Source: an uncultured Eubacteriales bacterium
GTDB taxonomy: Bacteria > Bacillota > Clostridia > Oscillospirales > CAG-272
Length of the DNA stretch: 64,000 nucleotides
NCBI GenBank assembly: GCA_934525675.1
Contig: CAKSZH010000010.1
Span: 2,824-66,823 of the forward strand
Reading direction: 5' to 3'
In this document: positions 1-9,480 of the stretch, piece after piece
Position numbering within the stretch: position 1 is the stretch's first letter
Layout of the letters: each line of letters starts with the position of its first letter
Made by a program: the position numbers and the translations under genes
The notes under the pieces: generated by a model
Database searches by the model: none
The model's input: only the letters and a program-made list of their open reading frames with translations
Told to the model about the DNA's origin: nothing

Positions 1-1
1 G

Positions 2-1438
2 GCGGTCAAGGAAGCCAAGGAGCGGGTGCGTGCCGCCTGCGAGAACAGCGGTTTCCTGTTTCCCGCCGCGGAACTGACTCAGAACCTTGCGCCCGCGGAC
101 CGGAGAAAAGAAGGTTCGTCGTTTGACGCGGCGATCCTGATGGGAATCCTGTACTGTACCGGCGTTCTCCGTTCCGATCTTGATCTGTCAAAGAAGTGTA
201 TCATCGGAGAGCTTTCCCTGACGGGGAGCATCCGCGCGGTGCGCGGCGTACTCTGTATGTGTGCCGCGGCGAGGGATGCGGGCATGACGGAGTGCTATGT
301 GCCCCTCAAAAACGCGAAGGAAGCGGCGGCGATCGAAGGGATCACCGTGTACGCAGTCCCCGACGTGACCTCGCTTGTACGCCATCTCAACGGGGAAGAG
401 CTGCTTCCCGCCGTCCCGCACGATACGGGACTGTTCCAGAAGGAAGCGGTCAGCTACGACATTGATTTCTCGGACATCCGCGGGCAGGCGGCGGCAAAGC
501 GTGCGATGGAGGTCGCCGCAGCGGGCGGACACAATATCCTTTTGATCGGACCTCCCGGCACGGGAAAATCCATGCTTGCAAAGCGGCTTCCCACTATTCT
601 GCCGCCGCTCTCGGTCGGCGAAGCGATTGAAACCACAAAAATTCACTCGGTTGCGGGAACGCTTCCAGACGGTTCGTCGCTCCTTTCGCACCGTCCGTTC
701 CGCTCTCCGCATCACACTATGTCGGCGGTCAGCCTGGTCGGTGGAGGCATCAACCCGATGCCGGGCGAGGTGTCGCTTGCGGATAACGGCGTTCTGTTCC
801 TCGACGAGCTTCCCGAGTTTCCGAAGCAGGTGACGGACGCGCTCCGCCAGCCGCTCGAAGACCGGCAGGTTACCATTACAAGAGCCAACGGGCGCGTGAC
901 CTATCCCTGTACCTTCATGCTGGTGGCGGCGATGAATCCCTGCCGTTGCGGATATTTCGGGCACCCGACGCGCCCCTGTACCTGCCATCCGGGTGATGTA
1001 CAGCGCTACATCTCCCGCATCAGCGGACCCATGCTTGACCGCATGGACATTGAGGTGGAACTGCCGTCGCTGTCTTTTGACGAGTTGTCCTCCGAGGGCG
1101 TGCAGTCGGAGACCTCCGCTGCGGTCCGGGAGAGAGTTACCCGCGCGCGGGAATTTGCCCGCCGGCGGATGGGGGAGGACAGCCGCATTTTCTGCAACGC
1201 CCAGCTCGATGCCGCGGAAATCCGGAAATACTGTCAGACTGCCCCGGAGGCAGAAGCGTTGCTCCGCGACGCGTATAATTCATTGGGACTGTCCGCGCGC
1301 GGATACGACCGCGTGATGCGTGTGGCGAGAACCATTGCCGACCTTGACGGATCGGAGATCATCCGCGCCGAGCACGTGGCGGAGGCGATCGGGTACCGTT
1401 CACTTGACCGAAAATACTGGAAATCAGACAGAGGGTGA
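2..1438 (+). CDS. comM: YifB/ComM-family Mg-chelatase-like AAA+ ATPase, N-terminus cut by window edge
   Basis: Frame is open from base 2, and the listed ORF 26..1438 begins at an internal GTG. Walker A GPPGTGKS, Walker B VLFLDELPEF, and a ChlI-type C-terminal helical domain (RGYDRVMRVARTIADLDG). Confidence 0.9.
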   Translation, partial: AVKEAKERVRAACENSGFLFPAAELTQNLAPADRRKEGSSFDAAILMGILYCTGVLRSDLDLSKKCIIGELSLTGSIRAVRGVLCMCAAARDAGMTECYVPLKNAKEAAAIEGITVYAVPDVTSLVRHLNGEELLPAVPHDTGLFQKEAVSYDIDFSDIRGQAAAKRAMEVAAAGGHNILLIGPPGTGKSMLAKRLPTILPPLSVGEAIETTKIHSVAGTLPDGSSLLSHRPFRSPHHTMSAVSLVGGGINPMPGEVSLADNGVLFLDELPEFPKQVTDALRQPLEDRQVTITRANGRVTYPCTFMLVAAMNPCRCGYFGHPTRPCTCHPGDVQRYISRISGPMLDRMDIEVELPSLSFDELSSEGVQSETSAAVRERVTRAREFARRRMGEDSRIFCNAQLDAAEIRKYCQTAPEAEALLRDAYNSLGLSARGYDRVMRVARTIADLDGSEIIRAEHVAEAIGYRSLDRKYWKSDRG

Positions 1439-1442
1439 TTGT

Positions 1443-2603
1443 TTGTCAACGTTCTTTGCACGGTTGTTCGTAAAAAACTGGGAGAAGACCGGGGACCCCG
1501 CGGTACGCCGCGCTTACGGAACCATGGTCAGCGTCATCGGAGTCATCGTAAATCTCCTGCTCGCGTCCGGTAAAATCATCGCGGGACTTCTGTTCTCCAC
1601 GGTCTCCGTGACGGCGGACGGCCTCAATAACCTCTCCGACGCAGGCTCCCAACTCATTTCGCTCATCAGCTTCAAGATTTCCGCAAAACCCGCAGACCGC
1701 GGACACCCCTTCGGTCACGCAAGAATCGAATATGTTTCTTCCATGATCGTTTCCATGATTATCGTGGTCATCGGCGTTCAGCTCTTCCGCGATTCCCTTG
1801 ACAAGATTTTGCACCCCGAAACGCCCGATACCAACTGGGTGGTCATCGTCGTGCTTGCCGTGTCGATTGCCGCGAAACTGTTTTTGTTCTGCCTCAACCG
1901 CGCGACGGGTAAGCGTATCGGCTCCTCCGTTATGCGGGCGACCGCGACCGACAGCCTTTCCGATATGGCGGCGACGGGGGCAGTGCTTCTGTCCACCGTT
2001 CTGTTCCTTGTGACCGGGATCAACCTGGACGCATGGATGGGGCTTGCGGTCTCCGTGATGATCGTGATCGCGGGGCTGAAGATCATGAACGAGACCAAAA
2101 ATTCCATTCTCGGCGAAGCGCCGTCCGAGGAGATCGTTGACCGCATCCGCAGTGTGATCGCAGAGTATCCGGAGGCGCTCGGACTGCATGATCTGGTCGT
2201 CCACAATTACGGTCCCGGCAAGGTCATCGCGTCCATGCACATCGAGGTGGACGGCGCAGTGGATATCTACGCATCGCATGATATGATCGACAATATTGAA
2301 AAGCGGCTTCGGGCGGACTGCGGGATCGAAGCGACCATTCACATGGATCCCATCGTAACCGACGACACGCAGGCAAGAGCTCTTCGTGAGGCTACCGAGG
2401 CGGCGGTGCGTTCCATCGACGATCGGATCCGTATTCACGATTTCCGTTTTGTCCGGGGGACCACTCACTCCAATCTGATCTTCGACGTTGCCGTTCCGTT
2501 TGAAGTGCCTCTGTCCGAGGACGAGGTAAAGAGCGCCGTCTCGGAGAAGGTCGGGGAGCTCGGCAGAGGGTACTGTGCTGTGGTGACCATTGACCGGATC
2601 TGA
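1443..2603 (+). CDS. cation diffusion facilitator (CDF) family metal efflux transporter
   Basis: ORF 1320..2603 has about six hydrophobic segments, CDF-like motifs (LSDAGS, HPFGHARIEY) and a C-terminal cytoplasmic domain. Start placed at TTG 1443, just after the comM stop and with agaggg upstream; the start is uncertain. Confidence 0.85.
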   Translation: MSTFFARLFVKNWEKTGDPAVRRAYGTMVSVIGVIVNLLLASGKIIAGLLFSTVSVTADGLNNLSDAGSQLISLISFKISAKPADRGHPFGHARIEYVSSMIVSMIIVVIGVQLFRDSLDKILHPETPDTNWVVIVVLAVSIAAKLFLFCLNRATGKRIGSSVMRATATDSLSDMAATGAVLLSTVLFLVTGINLDAWMGLAVSVMIVIAGLKIMNETKNSILGEAPSEEIVDRIRSVIAEYPEALGLHDLVVHNYGPGKVIASMHIEVDGAVDIYASHDMIDNIEKRLRADCGIEATIHMDPIVTDDTQARALREATEAAVRSIDDRIRIHDFRFVRGTTHSNLIFDVAVPFEVPLSEDEVKSAVSEKVGELGRGYCAVVTIDRI

Positions 2604-2726
2604 CCGGAAGATGACGGATTTCCGTCTTCAAAATGCAGCTGCAAAAATGCGGCTGCATTTTTTGTCGCATATTGCTGGAGAATGTGTGTCCGAATTGTAA
2701 CAATTATGAAAGTTTGAAAAATCATA

Positions 2727-2756
2727 TTGCAAAAATACCGGGGCAGATGATATAAT
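2727..2756 (+). promoter_or_regulatory. sigma-A-type promoter upstream of citrate synthase
   Basis: TTGCAA - 18 nt - TATAAT. Confidence 0.5.
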
Positions 2757-2794
2757 AAATACCTATGCTATAATCACTTGCGAATGGAGGACAA

Positions 2795-4204
2795 TTGACA
2801 ACGATGAATATGCATATATATCCTGCCAAGAATTTTGATGAATCCGCATACGACGCAAACAGTGCATTCCGGGAGCTTCTCGAATCCGCGCGTCCGTCCT
2901 ATGTGATTCCGAGCCGTGCATTTGAAAGCTATCGCGTCAAGAAGGGTCTCCGCGAGGCGGACGGCACCGGCGTGATGGCGGGCGTGACCCGGATCGGTAA
3001 CGCGCACGGCTATATGGTGTACGAGGGCGAAAGAATCCCCGACGAGGGAATTCTCACCTACCGCGGTTATGACATCAAGGACCTCATCACGCATTTCACA
3101 AGTGAGGGCAGATTCGGCTTTGAGGAATGCGTGTATCTTCTGTTTTTCGGGCGGCTTCCCACCGAGGATCAGTTGCTCAATTTCAATGAACTTCTTGCCA
3201 TTTCCAGAAAGCTCCCGCCGCGCTTTACCGAGGACATCCTGCTCCGCGCCCCGTCGCGTTCCATCATGAACAAGATGGCGAGCGGCGTACTTGCGCTTTA
3301 CGCCTACGATGACAATCCCGACGACCTGAGTCTTGACAATATGCTCCGCCAGTCGGTAGAGATTCTTGCGCGCGTTCCCGTCATCGCGGCGCACGCTTAT
3401 GCGATCTACCGCAGTACGTTTTTTGAAAAGAGCCTCAATCTGCATCATCCGCATGAAGAGCTTTGCACGGCGGAAAACTTCCTCCGGGTGCTTCGTCCCA
3501 ACAAATCCTACACCGAGGAAGAGGCGCGCCTTCTTGACATCTGCCTTGTAGCGCACGCCGAGCACGGCGGCGGTAACAACTCGGCGTTTGCCTGTCGCGT
3601 CCTGTCCTCGTCCGGAACAGATACTTATTCCGCGATCAGCGCGGCAATCGGCGCGCTCAAAGGCCCCCGGCACGGCGGTGCGAACATCAAGGTACAGGAA
3701 ATGTTCGACTGCATGAAGGAGAATATTTCCAACACCCACAGCGACGCCGAGGTTTCGGATTATATCATGAAGCTGCTCCGCGGCGAGGCGTATGACCGCT
3801 CGGGCCTTGTTTACGGTATGGGGCACGCGATCTACACCAAGTCCGACCCCCGCGCCGTCATGCTCAAGCAATATGCCCGCAAGCTGGCGTATGAAAAGGG
3901 CTACGGCGACGATTTTGAATTACTGGAATCCATTGAGCGCCTGACTCCCGACCTGTTCCGCGAGTACAAGGGGCTTTCGCAGGAAATGTGTGCAAATGTG
4001 GACCTGTATTCCGGACTGGTTTACCGGATGCTCGGCATCCCGCAGGAAATGTACACGCCGCTCTTTGCCATTGCCCGCGTTGCCGGCTGGTGCGCACATC
4101 GCATGGAGGAGTACATGACGGCGAAGAAGATCATCCGCCCGGCTTACAAGTGCATTACCAAGCCGCAGGAGTATGTTGCAATCACCGACAGAAAAGAGAA
4201 CTGA
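2795..4204 (+). CDS. citrate synthase
   Basis: Citrate synthase signature GMGHAIYTKSDPRA plus HAEHGGGNNSAF. Start is ambiguous between TTG 2795 and ATG 2804/2810; GGAGG lies at about 2786-2790. Confidence 0.9.
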   Translation: MTTMNMHIYPAKNFDESAYDANSAFRELLESARPSYVIPSRAFESYRVKKGLREADGTGVMAGVTRIGNAHGYMVYEGERIPDEGILTYRGYDIKDLITHFTSEGRFGFEECVYLLFFGRLPTEDQLLNFNELLAISRKLPPRFTEDILLRAPSRSIMNKMASGVLALYAYDDNPDDLSLDNMLRQSVEILARVPVIAAHAYAIYRSTFFEKSLNLHHPHEELCTAENFLRVLRPNKSYTEEEARLLDICLVAHAEHGGGNNSAFACRVLSSSGTDTYSAISAAIGALKGPRHGGANIKVQEMFDCMKENISNTHSDAEVSDYIMKLLRGEAYDRSGLVYGMGHAIYTKSDPRAVMLKQYARKLAYEKGYGDDFELLESIERLTPDLFREYKGLSQEMCANVDLYSGLVYRMLGIPQEMYTPLFAIARVAGWCAHRMEEYMTAKKIIRPAYKCITKPQEYVAITDRKEN

Positions 4205-4210
4205 CCAGGT

Positions 4211-4241
4211 CGCCCCGCGGCTTTGCCGCGGGGCGCTTTTT
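4211..4241 (+). terminator. rho-independent terminator after citrate synthase
   Basis: cgccccgcgg-ctttg-ccgcggggcg followed by cttttt. Confidence 0.8.
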
Positions 4242-4375
4242 GAATGACTGCCGGTTGCATTGGATGTCGTGCCCGTCCGACATCGCTCGTTTTCCGCCCG
4301 GCTCCCGTGCCCCCGGACATATTATTCCGATGCGGGTCCCGGTGGGTATTTCCCCGCTGACTTTCCCGGCGGCGG

Positions 4376-4404
4376 TTGACATTCCGGCGTCGGAGTGGTA
4401 TAAT
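4376..4404 (+). promoter_or_regulatory. sigma-A-type promoter upstream of PHP phosphatase gene
   Basis: TTGACA - 17 nt - TATAAT, leaving a ~90-nt leader. Confidence 0.6.
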
Positions 4405-4495
4405 CATTTCAAACAGAATGAAGCAAAAAGCGGGTTTTGCGAATGCCCGCGTGTGCCCGGAAACGGTTCCGGCACACGGTAAAAGAGGGATCAGA

Positions 4496-5272
4496 ATGTT
4501 TATCACGAATTATCACACGCACACCATGCGTTGTCATCACGCGGTCGGACTGGACCGCGAATATGTTGAGGCGGCGATTGCCGCAGGCTTTTCTGAAATC
4601 GGGTTTTCCGATCACGCGCCCTGCTGGTTCCCGGGGGACTATTACTCGGATTTCCGCATGGAGCGCGAAAAGCTCCCGGATTATATGGCGTCCATGCTGG
4701 CGCTCCGGCAGGAATACGCCGGCAGGATCCGCATCCTCATCGGTTTTGAACTGGAGTATTACCCGGATTGCTTCCGGAAGACGCTGGATCTGCTCGCGCC
4801 CTATCCTTACGATTACCTGATCCTCGGTCAGCACGTTCTCGGAAACGAGCAGGGGGCTCCCGCGTCCGGCGCTCCGACCGAGGACGAGGAGCGACTGGCG
4901 CGCTATACGGAACAGGTGTGTGAAGGACTGAACACGGGAAAGTTTTCTTACCTTGCGCACCCCGACCTGATTCATTTTCTCGGAGACGGCGCGGTGTGGG
5001 AGCGGTATATGCGTAAGATCTGCGAGTGTGCCAACCAAAACGAAGTACCGCTGGAGATCAACTTCCTCGGTCTGCGCGGTCATCGCGCCTATCCGAGAGA
5101 GGAATTCTTCCGCATTGCGGGCGAATGCGGCTGCCGCGTCGTATTCGGCAGTGACGCGCATGACCCACGCGATGTCGGGGATTTTGCGTCGGCGAAAATT
5201 GCGGAGGAGTGGTGCCGGAAGTATCACCTTCCCGTCGTGGAGCGCCCGGAGTGGAAGAATCCCCGCGCGTAA
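4496..5272 (+). CDS. PHP-domain histidinol-phosphatase family protein (HisJ/HisK type)
   Basis: N-terminal YHTHTMRCHHA and C-terminal FGSDAH metal-ligand motifs of PHP phosphoesterases. ATG 4496 is in frame with ORF 4376..5272 and preceded by aaaagaggga. Confidence 0.8.
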   Translation: MFITNYHTHTMRCHHAVGLDREYVEAAIAAGFSEIGFSDHAPCWFPGDYYSDFRMEREKLPDYMASMLALRQEYAGRIRILIGFELEYYPDCFRKTLDLLAPYPYDYLILGQHVLGNEQGAPASGAPTEDEERLARYTEQVCEGLNTGKFSYLAHPDLIHFLGDGAVWERYMRKICECANQNEVPLEINFLGLRGHRAYPREEFFRIAGECGCRVVFGSDAHDPRDVGDFASAKIAEEWCRKYHLPVVERPEWKNPRA

Positions 5273-5381
5273 GCGCGATGGCTCTCCGGTTTTGGGGACA
5301 CCCGAGAGAAACAGGGGAGAAGACCCCGCGCATAAGCGCGCCGATTCTCCGGTTTCGGGAAACCCGTGAGAAACAGGGCGG
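5261..5381 (+). repeat. two ~57-bp imperfect tandem units (period ~63 bp)
   Basis: ccccgcgcgtaagcgcgatggctctccggttttggggacacccgagagaaacagggg compared with ccccgcgcataagcgcgccgattctccggtttcgggaaacccgtgagaaacagggcg. Confidence 0.75.
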
Positions 5382-5519
5382 GAGTTTCCGCAAGCCTTGC
5401 CTGTAAACCTTCACCGGCTTTGCACCCCAATGTTCCATGAGACAGAATTTCAGCGATTCCGACCCGCGCCCCCCGCTTTCGGGACGCGGGTCATCTTAAC
5501 CGTCCGGAAAGGAGGAGAC

Positions 5520-6971
5520 ATGATGGAGCCGAATACAAATACCGCCGTCCCGGCGGAGCCGGAAAAGGGATCTGCGGCGGCACGCGGAAGCGGATTTTTC
5601 CGGTTTGCGCATACACTTTCCCGCGTGATGACCTCCCGCGCGGCGTGTCTTTCCTGGCTCATCGTTACGTGTATTCTCACGGCGATCGGTCAACCGATTA
5701 TCGGTGCGATGGTATTCGTCTGGGGGATACTTGTCCTGCTTGTCTTCTCGGACGATGTGCTCACGACCACTCTGCCGTTTCTTCTCCTCTGCGTGTTCGT
5801 CCTGCCGAATTACAATAGCTATGATCTCTTTATCCCGTATTGGTGGATGGCAATCCCCGCCGCCGTCGCGCTTGTCGTGCATTTTGTGCTGTACCACCGT
5901 CCCGTCCGCATCGGTAAAACCTTCTTCGGCGTACTCGCGGTTGCGGTCGCCGTTTCGGCGGCGGGTCTGTTCAGCGGTGCCGGATACAGTCCCACGGTCA
6001 TCTTCTACACGATATCCCTCGGTGTCGGGATGGTGCTTGCATATCTGCTCATTGCGTCCGACCTGTCGTCGCCGCGCGAGTATGACGTTGCGGAAGCGTT
6101 TTCCGGGATGATGATCTCGGTCGGGTTCTATGCAACACTGCTTCTGCTGTTGCTCTGGATCCGGGATCTGCGTCATGCCGGCTTTGCGGAAATGTACATT
6201 CAGCCGGCAAACAATCTGGGAACCTTTCTGCTGTTTGCCCTGCCGTTTCCCCTGTATTTTGTCTGGCGCGCGGAGGGACGGCGGAAACTGCTTCCCGCAT
6301 TCCTGTTTCTTCTGTTCTTTGCCGCGCTCCTTCTGTCCACCAGCCGGGGTGCCATGGTGTTGGCTCCGGTACTTGCCCTTGTATCGCTGGTTCTCTTTGC
6401 CATTGTGGATGAAGAGCACCGTCGGGGGTGGATCGTGTCGTCGGTCGTGCTCGGCGTGGTTTGCGTCGGTGCGGCGGGGGTCGCCCTGCGGTTTCTCGTT
6501 CCCGATTCGCCGGGGGCAAACGTGTTTGACGATCTGAGCCGCCTTCGCCTGATCCGCGCATCCATGCTGGATTTCCGGGAGTGTCCCGTGTTCGGGGCAG
6601 GGCTTGCGGGATCGCGCAACACCAGCGCCTACCAGCCTGTCGCGGGGGCGATGCGGTGGTATCACATGATGATTCCCCAGATCATCGGAAGCATGGGGAG
6701 CGTCGGTGTGCTTGCTTACGGGTATCAGATCTTCACGCGTGTGCGGGCGTACCTTTCCCGGATCGGGGGGTTTTCCTCGGTGTTGCTTCTCTCCTATTTC
6801 GGAGTGCTTTTCATGTCGCAGGTCAACCCCGGCGAGTTCTGCCCGCTTCCGTATGAGCTGCTCACCGTGATGCTGTTCATTCTGATGGAGCGGATCCCGC
6901 AAAACGGGAAAGCGCCGTCCGTCACATCCTCCGCGGAGAATGCGGGGAGGGGAACGGAGCCGACGCTTTGA
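5520..6971 (+). CDS. O-antigen ligase (Wzy_C)-like polytopic membrane protein
   Basis: More than 10 hydrophobic segments and an O-antigen-ligase-like loop region (LLLSTSRGAMV). ATG 5520 follows ggaaaggagga. No neighbouring glycan genes. Confidence 0.6.
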   Translation: MMEPNTNTAVPAEPEKGSAAARGSGFFRFAHTLSRVMTSRAACLSWLIVTCILTAIGQPIIGAMVFVWGILVLLVFSDDVLTTTLPFLLLCVFVLPNYNSYDLFIPYWWMAIPAAVALVVHFVLYHRPVRIGKTFFGVLAVAVAVSAAGLFSGAGYSPTVIFYTISLGVGMVLAYLLIASDLSSPREYDVAEAFSGMMISVGFYATLLLLLLWIRDLRHAGFAEMYIQPANNLGTFLLFALPFPLYFVWRAEGRRKLLPAFLFLLFFAALLLSTSRGAMVLAPVLALVSLVLFAIVDEEHRRGWIVSSVVLGVVCVGAAGVALRFLVPDSPGANVFDDLSRLRLIRASMLDFRECPVFGAGLAGSRNTSAYQPVAGAMRWYHMMIPQIIGSMGSVGVLAYGYQIFTRVRAYLSRIGGFSSVLLLSYFGVLFMSQVNPGEFCPLPYELLTVMLFILMERIPQNGKAPSVTSSAENAGRGTEPTL

Positions 6972-7079
6972 AGACGCAAGGGGTCAAAAACTGATTTGTT
7001 CCTGCCGGCAGTCCGACGGTGTATCCGGAAAACGGTATCACGGACGGACGTGAGCCGGACAACAGTCAAGGAGGCGCAG

Positions 7080-7586
7080 ATGCAAACAAAAATCACTCAG
7101 AAGACGGCAGTGGAAATTTTTCTCGGGATCCTGCTTTTTCTTGCGGTGATCGCTGTCGTGGTCGCGGCATGGGCGGGAGCGAATACCCCCGAGCCGGACC
7201 TGTTTGAAGGCTTTGTCACGGACGGAGAGGGAACCCGGTACTACGACACCGGCGTCTATCGCACGGGGTGGCAGGTGATCGACGGAGCGCATTATTATTT
7301 CCGCCTGGAGACGGGGTACATGGTGACGGGCGTGCTTTCAATCCGCGGCGAGAAATTTGCTTTCCGCGAGGACGGTACGCAGATCCGGGACGGCTTTGTC
7401 CGGGACACGGAAGGAACTCTGTATTTTGACGGCGGCAGGCACGTGACCGGCTGGCAGGAGATTGACGGGAACCGCTACTACTTCTTCCTTGACAACGGTT
7501 ACATGGCGACCGGGACGGTAAAGATTTCCGGCGTGACCTGCACATTTTCTCCGGACGGGGTGCTTTTGTCAGAGGGACAGCCGTAA
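7080..7586 (+). CDS. membrane-anchored protein with cell-wall/choline-binding type repeats
   Basis: N-terminal hydrophobic anchor followed by repeats of the form GW(Q)xIDGxxYYFxxxxGYMxTG (CW_binding_1-like). ATG 7080 follows caaggagg. Confidence 0.7.
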   Translation: MQTKITQKTAVEIFLGILLFLAVIAVVVAAWAGANTPEPDLFEGFVTDGEGTRYYDTGVYRTGWQVIDGAHYYFRLETGYMVTGVLSIRGEKFAFREDGTQIRDGFVRDTEGTLYFDGGRHVTGWQEIDGNRYYFFLDNGYMATGTVKISGVTCTFSPDGVLLSEGQP

Positions 7587-7734
7587 CGGACGGAAATGAG
7601 GTCGTCGTGCAACACTTTCGCTTATATCCGGAAATATCGGATCTGTGTCGGCAGGGGTGTGCTTTTGAACGTGACCGACCGGGATAATATCGCGGATGAT
7701 TCCGAAAATGTAAAGGATGCTGTCACCTGCATAT

Positions 7735-7767
7735 AAAAACCCGGCTGCCTTGGCAGCCGGGTTTTTG
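7735..7767. terminator. bidirectional terminator between convergent cell-wall-binding-repeat gene and SPFH gene
   Basis: aaaaa-cccggctgcc-tt-ggcagccggg-ttttt. Confidence 0.8.
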
Positions 7768-7785
7768 TTGTAAAGGACAGAAAAT

Positions 7786-8889
7786 TCAGTTTCCGTCGGG
7801 CGAAGTCGTCTCCCCGTTTCCGGTTCCGCTTGCTTTGCCGAGCGCGGCAAGCAGTTTTGCGAATTCCTCGGTCCCGAAATAGGTTTCGGGCAGTTTACCG
7901 TCCCACTGCTGGACGTAGTAGTAATTGATGAGGTTCTTTGCGCCCTCTTTCAGCTCTTCGTCCGTGACCGCATTGCCGTCAGGCTTGAACAGCTTGTTGA
8001 CCCCGTTTTCTTCCCTGACCGTCCAGCCGTTGATGCTTGCCAGCTTCTGAAGCGCGATGGCAGCTTCCTTTTTGCCCTGATACTCCGCGCTGTCTGCACC
8101 GATCTCCGCGACCTTCTTGTCCGCTTCTGCGGTGATCTTTGCAATCTCCGCATCGGCGTTTGCCTTGGTTACGGCAATCTCCTTTTCGTTCTGCGCCTGG
8201 AGCAGTGCCTGCTCCTGTTCAATGATCGCCTGCTTTTTCTTCTGCTCGGCGACCTGCTTTGCCTCTACCGCGTCGGTAAAGGCATCGGTGAAGTCCATGT
8301 CCTCGATCGCGGTCGTTGAGACCTTGATGTTATATTTTCCGAGGCTTTCTGCCAGCATGGATTCAATACCGCTTGCGAGCGCTTCGCGCGTTTGTACCAG
8401 CTGTTCCGCTGTGTACTGTGCCGCCACGACCTTGACCGCTTCCGCGATGGACGGCTTGACAATGACCTCGTAATATTCGCTGCCGATGTCCTTGTAAATC
8501 TTCTTGGCGTTGTTCTTGTCGATCTGATAGTTCAGGGTGTAGACGACCTTGACCTCCTGAATGTCGCTGGAGAAGCATCCGAGCTCGACCGTGACCTTCT
8601 GGACGCGGTTGTCCATCTGCACAACGCTTTCCCACGGTGCTTTGAAGTGGAAGCCCGCTTCATATTGCTTGTCTTCCACACTGCCGAATATGGTGACGAT
8701 TCCCGTATGTCCGGTGTCCACCGAGCAGGCACAGCCGAGAAACACAGAGACAAACGCAAGTACAAAACAGACAGGTGCGAGAATTTTTCCGAGTTGCCTT
8801 ACTCCGTTGCCGGAGGCCTTGCTTCTCATCAGTAAGATGCCGATGATAGCTCCGAGTAACAGAAGAATGCCGATAATGAGTCCGAACAT
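7786..8889 (-). CDS. SPFH/Band-7 (prohibitin-like) membrane protein
   Basis: N-terminal TM helix, SPFH domain and an Ala/Glu/Lys coiled coil (AEQKKKQAIIEQEQALLQAQNEKEIA). ATG at 8889 (in frame with ORF 7786..9117) with an aaggagaaac RBS. Confidence 0.85.
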   Translation of the reverse strand: MFGLIIGILLLLGAIIGILLMRSKASGNGVRQLGKILAPVCFVLAFVSVFLGCACSVDTGHTGIVTIFGSVEDKQYEAGFHFKAPWESVVQMDNRVQKVTVELGCFSSDIQEVKVVYTLNYQIDKNNAKKIYKDIGSEYYEVIVKPSIAEAVKVVAAQYTAEQLVQTREALASGIESMLAESLGKYNIKVSTTAIEDMDFTDAFTDAVEAKQVAEQKKKQAIIEQEQALLQAQNEKEIAVTKANADAEIAKITAEADKKVAEIGADSAEYQGKKEAAIALQKLASINGWTVREENGVNKLFKPDGNAVTDEELKEGAKNLINYYYVQQWDGKLPETYFGTEEFAKLLAALGKASGTGNGETTSPDGN

Positions 8890-8965
8890 AGTTTCTCCTT
8901 TGCGGTTCTTTGTTGTGGAAAGTGATTGGTACGGGCGGAATTTTTGATTACCCGACACCGGTAAC

Positions 8966-8994
8966 AGTATAGCATATCCTGCCGAAAAAGACAA
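8966..8994 (-). promoter_or_regulatory. sigma-A-type promoter of SPFH gene
   Basis: On the minus strand, TTGTCT - 17 nt - TATACT. Confidence 0.5.
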
Positions 8995-9021
8995 GGGGCG
9001 CGCGGAAAATTGCCGGGCCTT

Positions 9022-9151
9022 TGGTACGAGAAACGGGACGTTGAACATCCTCGGCAGCTTTGCCGCCTCGGGGCAAGTTGCATTTTTGCCCGCAAAAGCC
9101 GCAACTCTTCCGCGCAACTTGCAACGGTTTCTTCACCCGAATCGTCAGACC
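9022..9151. repeat. 130-bp direct repeat, copy 1 (starts with degenerate copy of tRNA-Leu 3' end)
   Basis: 128/130 identical to 9314..9443. First 25 nt are tggtAcgagaaacgggacGttgaac, compared with the tRNA 3' end tggtgcgagaaacgggacttgaac. Confidence 0.85.
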
Positions 9152-9276
9152 TCCGGTGCGGGAAACGGTCTTACGAACCCCGTTTTGCGCCGGAATTTGC
9201 AAAAGCGGTATGCCCGGTGCCGCAAAACAATCCTTCCCGAAGGGAAGGAGGGGTTCTGCGAGATTTTACACAGCGA

Positions 9277-9312
9277 CAAAAAGGGCACAGGCATGAAGCC
9301 TGTGCCCTTTTT
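9277..9312. terminator. symmetric hairpin terminator between the two 130-bp repeats
   Basis: aaaaa-gggcacaggc-atgaa-gcctgtgccc-ttttt. Confidence 0.7.
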
Positions 9313-9313
9313 G

Positions 9314-9443
9314 TGGTGCGAGAAACGGGACGTTGAACATCCTCGGCGGCTTTGCCGCCTCGGGGCAAGTTGCATTTTTGCCCGCAAAAGCCGCAACTCT
9401 TCCGCGCAACTTGCAACGGTTTCTTCACCCGAATCGTCAGACC
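9314..9443. repeat. 130-bp direct repeat, copy 2 (starts with copy of tRNA-Leu 3' end plus 1-nt insertion)
   Basis: Offset is exactly 292 bp from copy 1. Bracketed by hairpin terminators at 9277-9312 and 9446-9479. Internal 9-bp stem gcaagttgc/gcaacttgc. Confidence 0.85.
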
Positions 9444-9445
9444 AA

Positions 9446-9479
9446 CAAAAAAGCCCATCCGGATGGATGGGCTTTTTTG
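9446..9479 (-). terminator. terminator of tRNA-Leu (symmetric, could act in both directions)
   Basis: aaaaaa-agcccatcc-ggat-ggatgggct-tttttt, immediately 3' of the tRNA CCA end. Confidence 0.75.
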
Positions 9480-9480
9480 T

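Noticed and set aside
9022-9443. Possibility that the repeated units form a CRISPR array.
   Set aside because: There are only two copies, the units are 130 bp long and 292 bp apart, no cas genes are present, and the repeat contains tRNA-derived sequence. This is not CRISPR-like.
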